In this document: positions 47,048 through 51,885 of the stretch, in pieces
Layout of the letters: the number at the start of each line of letters is the position of its first letter
Position numbering within the stretch: position 1 is the first letter of the stretch
Assembly: GCF_964213995.1 (NCBI RefSeq)
Contig: NW_027591117.1
Coordinates: 62,001 to 113,885, forward strand
Direction: 5' to 3'
Length of the DNA stretch: 51,885 nucleotides
Origin: Mustelus asterias
Taxonomy: Eukaryota
Program-made: the position numbers and the translations under genes
Notes under the pieces: generated by a model
Seen by the model: the letters and a program-made list of their open reading frames with translations, nothing else
Databases searched by the model: none
Told to the model about the DNA's origin: nothing

Positions 47048-47744
47048 CTGGGGAGAAGAGAGAAAATAGTTAATTAAAATACAAGAAAATATTTAAATTA
47101 AATAGCACAAGAGCCCAGGATTCCCCTTCTCAGATTTTACTGAGAGATTGTCTAACTAGATATGAATTCTTGGGGAAAAGAGAGAGAAAATTAATTAAAT
47201 ACAAGAAACCATTGAAATTAAATCTCACCAAAACGCAGGATTCCCCCTTCTCAGTTACACAATCTCTCAGAAACATCAGAATGGCATGAACAGAGAGAGA
47301 GAAGTCTACAAACAGAATCTCCTAAAACTGAATTCAAATATCCACAACCCCCCAGTCCATCCCTGTCTCCCTCTCAGACTCCAGGAGCTGCTCATCTCCC
47401 TCTTTCAGTTTGGGAAGGGGCTGCTGATTCCTTCGGGACACTTTTTAAAATCGCCCTCCCGGGATTGATTTCTACAACTCCCTCCATCTCCCTTTCACTA
47501 TCTCCCTCTCTTTTCTCCCTCTGCTCCTGTCTCTCTCACTCAGTGTAAAGATGGATGTTCCTGTCTGGATCCTTGTCCCTGTCCCCTCTCTTTCTCACTC
47601 GTTGTCTCTGTCCATAGCTGTTTCTTTCCCTCTCTCTCATGTACTCTGCATTGAAATGAGCGATGCCATATTCCTGTCTCCCTGTTTACAATAACACAGT
47701 TTTTGTTGATTAAAGGTTTAAAGAGACACAAAGGAAGATGGAGC

Positions 47745-48025
47745 CAGAGAGAGACATTCTGGAGAGTGATAGACAGATATGGAAGAATGCTCGAGAGAGA
47801 GAGAGAGAGAGACATTCTGGAGAGTGATGGACAGATATGGAAGAATGCTCGAGAGAGGGAGAGAGAGACATTCTGGAGAGTGATGGACAGATATGGAAGA
47901 ACGCTCGAGAGAGAGAGAGAGAGAGACATTCTGGAGAGTGATAGACAGATATGGAAGAATGCTCGAGAGGGAGAGAGAGACATTCTGGTGAGTGATGGAC
48001 AGATATGGAAGAATGCTCGAGAGGG
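47745..48025 (+). repeat. ~60-bp minisatellite, 5 copies
   Basis: (GA)n GACATTCTGGAGAGTGATRGACAGATATGGAAGAATGCTCGA. Confidence 0.9.
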
Positions 48026-51000
48026 AGAGATGAATGGAAAGAAACAGGAAGGGAGAGAAAGCTGAAGATAGGGGAAAAATACTGGAGAGAGAGAGAGAGA
48101 AAAGCAGAGCGAAATAGAATGGGGAAGAAAGCTGCAGAGGGGAAGATAAATGTAAAGGCTGAACTTCAGAAAATTGAATTGTAATGTCCTCTGTGAATCT
48201 TATTTAACATTCGGGTAAATCACTCTCTCCCACCCCTGTTATTTTGGATTTGCATCAAACTTTTAGACAGTTTCATATTACAGATATTTAATTTACTCTT
48301 TGCCACCCAGCAAAGGGTTAACCTGTTTGTGACGAATTGCAAAGCCGGGATATTTTAACCCCAGGGTTTCAAACTCCACCCCACCCCATCCCACAATCGA
48401 ACCAGGATTGGTTCATCCGAGGAAGCGAGATTAAAATTAAACCTGGATCAGGGTAATAAAGAGACGACAACTCACATGCGGCCTATAGAACAGGCTTCAG
48501 TCCATCCATCCTCCTCTGGAGAAAAGCCCCTTGTCCAAGGATTCTGAGTCACATTGCAGTCTTCAAAATTCAAATTCCTGGGGAGAAGAGAAAATAATTA
48601 ATTAAAATACAAGAAAATGTTTAGCACAAGAGCCCAGGATTCCCCCTTCTAAGATTTCACTGAGAGATTGTCCAACTAAATATTAATTCCTTGGGAAGAG
48701 ATCGAATATAATTAATTTAAATACAAGAAAATGTTTAAATTTAATACACAAGAGCCCAGGATTCCCCTTTCTCAGTTACACAATCTCTCAGTAAAATCTA
48801 AATATTAATTCTTGGGTAAAAGAGAGAGAAATATATTAAAATACCAGAAAATGTTTAAATTAAATAGCACAAGAGCCCAAGATTCCCCCTTCTCAGATTT
48901 TACTGAGAGATTGTCCAACAAAATATTATTTCCTGGGAAAAAGAGGGAGAGAGAGAGGGAATAAAAAAGAGAGACAGATAGAGGAAGGAAAGGGATGGAG
49001 AGAGAGAAAGCAGAGAGGAAATAGACAGAATGGGGGAAAAGCTGCAGAGAGGACGAAATGAAATTTTGAACTTCTGAAAACTGAATTGTAAAGGCCTCTG
49101 TGAATTTTATTCAACAATTAGGAACAGCGGTCTGTCTCCCATCCCTGTTATCTTGGATTTAAAACAAATTGAGACAGTTTCATATCACAGACATTTAATT
49201 AACTCTTTGCCACCCACCTAAGGGTTAATGTGTTTGTAACTAATTGCAAAGCCGGGATATTTTAACCCCAGGGTTTCAAACTCCAGCCCCCCCACCCCAC
49301 AATCGAACCAGGACTGGTTCATCCGAGGAAGCGAGATTAAAATTAAACCTGGATCAGGGTAATAAAGAGACGACAACTCATTTGCAGCCTATAGAACAGG
49401 CCTCAGTCCATCCATCCTCCTCTGGAGAAAAGCCCCTTGTCCAAGGATTCCGAGTCATGTTGCAGTCTTCAAAATTCAAATTCCTGGGGAGAAGAGAAAA
49501 TAATTAATTAAGGTACAATAAAATGTTTAAATTAAATAGCACAAGAGCCCAGGATTCCTCCTTCTAAGATTTCACTGAGAGATTGTTTAACTAAATATGA
49601 ATTCCTTGGGAAGAGATAGAATATAATTAATTTAAATACAAGAAAATGTTGAAATTAAATAGCACAAGAGCCCAGGATTCCCCTTTCTCAGTTACACAAT
49701 CTCTCAGTAAAAGCTAAATATTAATTCTTGGGTAAAAGAGAGAGAAATATATTAAAATACCAGAAAATGTTTAAATTAAATAGCACAAGAGCCCAAGATT
49801 CCCCCTTCTCAGATTTTACTGAGAGATTGTCCAACAAAATATGACTTCCTGGGAAAAAGAGGGAGAGAGAGGGAATAGAAAAGAGAGACAGATAGAGGAA
49901 GGAAAGGGAGAGAAAGAGAGAAAGCGGAGAGAAATAGACAGAATGGCGGAAAAGCTGCAGAGAGGACACAATGAAAGTCTGAACATCTGAAAACTGAATT
50001 GTAAAGGCCTCTATGAATTTTATTCAACAATTAGGAACAGCGCTCTGTCTCCCATCCCCTGTTATCTTGGATTTAAAACTAACTTTCAGACTGCTTCATA
50101 TTACAGATATTTAATTTACTCTTTGCCACCCAGCAAAGGGTTAACCTGTTTCTGACTAACTGCAAAGCCAGGATATTTTAACCCCAGGGTTTCAAACTCC
50201 AGCTGCCCCCCCACACCCCACAATCGAACCAGAACTGGTTCATCCGAGGAAGCGAGATTAAAATTAAACCTGGATCAGGGTAACAAAGAGACAACTCACA
50301 TGCGGCCTATAGAACAGGCTTCAGTCCATCCATCCTCCTCTGGAGAAAAGCCCCTTGTCCAAGGATTCCGAGTCCCATTGCAGTCTTCAAAATTCAAATT
50401 CCTGGGGAGAAGAGAAAATAATTAATTAAAATACAAGAATTCTTTAAATTAAATAGCACAAGAGCCCAGGATTCCCCCTTCTCAGTTACACAATCTCTCA
50501 GTAAAATCTAAATATTAATTCTTGGGGAAAGAGAGAGAAAATAATTAAAATACAAGAAAATATTTAAATTAAATAGCACAGCAAAAAACCCAGGATCTCC
50601 TCTCAGTGACACAATCTCTCAGTAACACCCAAACACAACAAGTCAGTTGTAAAGCAGAGACTAAAGAGATTGAGACATTTCCCTCCCTGTGTGTTTCTCT
50701 CTCTCTCTCTCTATTCCACTCTCATTCAGATCTCGCTCCCTCTGATATGAAACATTAAATCTGGATCAGGTTAATAAACAGACACAACTCACTCGGGATG
50801 AAGCCTGAGCAACAGGCCTCAGTCAGCCCTCCCTCTGGAAGAAGCTCCTCTCCCTCATCCTGGTCACAAACATTCCCGTCCTTTGGATCCTCGACACATC
50901 CCCAGTTTTCAAAATTCCTCAGGAGAAAAAGAGATAAAAATTGGTTAAAAAGAGAGAGAAAAAGAGACAAGGCCATTTTAACAATAAGACACACAACATA

Positions 51001-51885
51001 TCACAGCGAGGAGTCCAGCATTTCCATTCAAGTCCATTCAGCATCATGTCCACACAAGCAAAGCACAGGTAAAAACGCAGATTGAGACACACACACTGAA
51101 TCAGAGTGGGAATGTTTTCAGTGCAGGGGGATTATTGGTGTGGAGACTGAAGGCTCTCAGATTCACATTTATCCTGAGTGTGCTGGATGCAAACCCCACC
51201 CTGAGTCTCTGACATGTCTGCAATGTCTGTCTCTCTATTGAGATGCTAATTCACCCCCCCTCCCCCTCTCACCCCAGAGGAGTTTGTGGCAATGTCAGAC
51301 TGACTATTGATATGTTAATGCAGGGAGGCAATGGATTCTGCAATCTCCTGCCTTTAGTTTCTTTAGTTTAGTTTCAAAGTTTATTTCTTTTCCCCTGTAG
51401 GTCGTGTTCATCCATTTCAAAAACCCCCTGACCCCCCCACAGCAGCCCTGAAAATCCTTGCAGCCGCTCCCCACAACCCAGCGAGTGGAGGGGGAATGGG
51501 GATGTGTGAGTGAGTGGATTGGGGGGATTGTGTCAGTGTGTGTCTGTCTATCCCCCCCTCTCTGCTCACACTTCCTGCCCAGCCTGCTGAAGACAGGGAA
51601 AGAATGGGAGTTGAACAAAGCCTCCTCTCTGCCTCCATTTTCAAAGGATTTGCCCCTTTCTCACACCAGTTTTGTCCATTGAGCTGTCCCTATCAATTGG
51701 AAAAAAGTTTTATTTATCTCGCTGTGAGATATGAAGTCACTAATTACTAAATACAGACAAAAACATCCCATTAAGAGACACGGAGCTTCAATGGGATTTT
51801 AAACTGAAATCCTCGGATGTCAATTCCTGAGGTTAAAAGTTTCTAATTCATTAATTTGGATTAAATTAAAACCGGCCAGTATATT

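Larger units (their letters stand above)
46465..50625. repeat. Tandem array of four ~0.9-1.5-kb units with ~100-bp AT-rich subrepeats
   Basis: Recurring AAGCCGGGATATTTTAACCCCAGGG...GGCCTATAGAACAGG...CTTCAAAATTCAAATTCCTGGGG blocks at ~46830, 48345, 49250, 50165. Confidence 0.9.

Noticed and set aside
49271-49358. Plus-strand exon GFQTPAPPPHNRTRTGSSEEARLKLNLDQ in the array units
   Set aside because: Frame not conserved: the other copies have -14, +1 and +5 nt indels, and one lacks the donor.
51401-51505. Plus-strand exon candidate RVHPFQKPPDPPTAALKILAAAPHNPASGGGMGM
   Set aside because: Splice signals are plausible, but it is a single low-complexity copy with no partner exon or recognisable homology.

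Overview
Vertebrate genomic DNA, very likely from a shark: HE1/V-SINE-type SINEs, CR1/HER1 LINE fragments and shark-type V genes. Three assembly gaps. About 12-26 kb is part of a T-cell receptor alpha/delta V-segment array. It holds five apparently intact V segments, each with a leader exon, GT-AG intron, V exon (Cys-Trp-YxC) and a 3' RSS. Three lie on the minus strand and two on the plus strand. A young ~4.2-kb inverted duplication (13743-17972 vs 22974-27205) creates the orientation switch and a near-identical V pair. Notable extras: CTCF-like motifs exactly 25 bp beyond three RSS nonamers, a 56-bp tandem repeat carrying cryptic 12-RSS-like signals, a CRE cluster upstream of V1, and a YY1/RFX CpG island. 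Beyond ~29 kb no V segments were found. That part has a TATA/Kozak gene start at 30.5-30.8 kb, C-rich minisatellites, a mosaic of local duplications, and a tandem array of a 102-nt symmetric exon candidate at 46.9-50.9 kb. No D, J or C segments were seen. All calls are by eye, without database searches.
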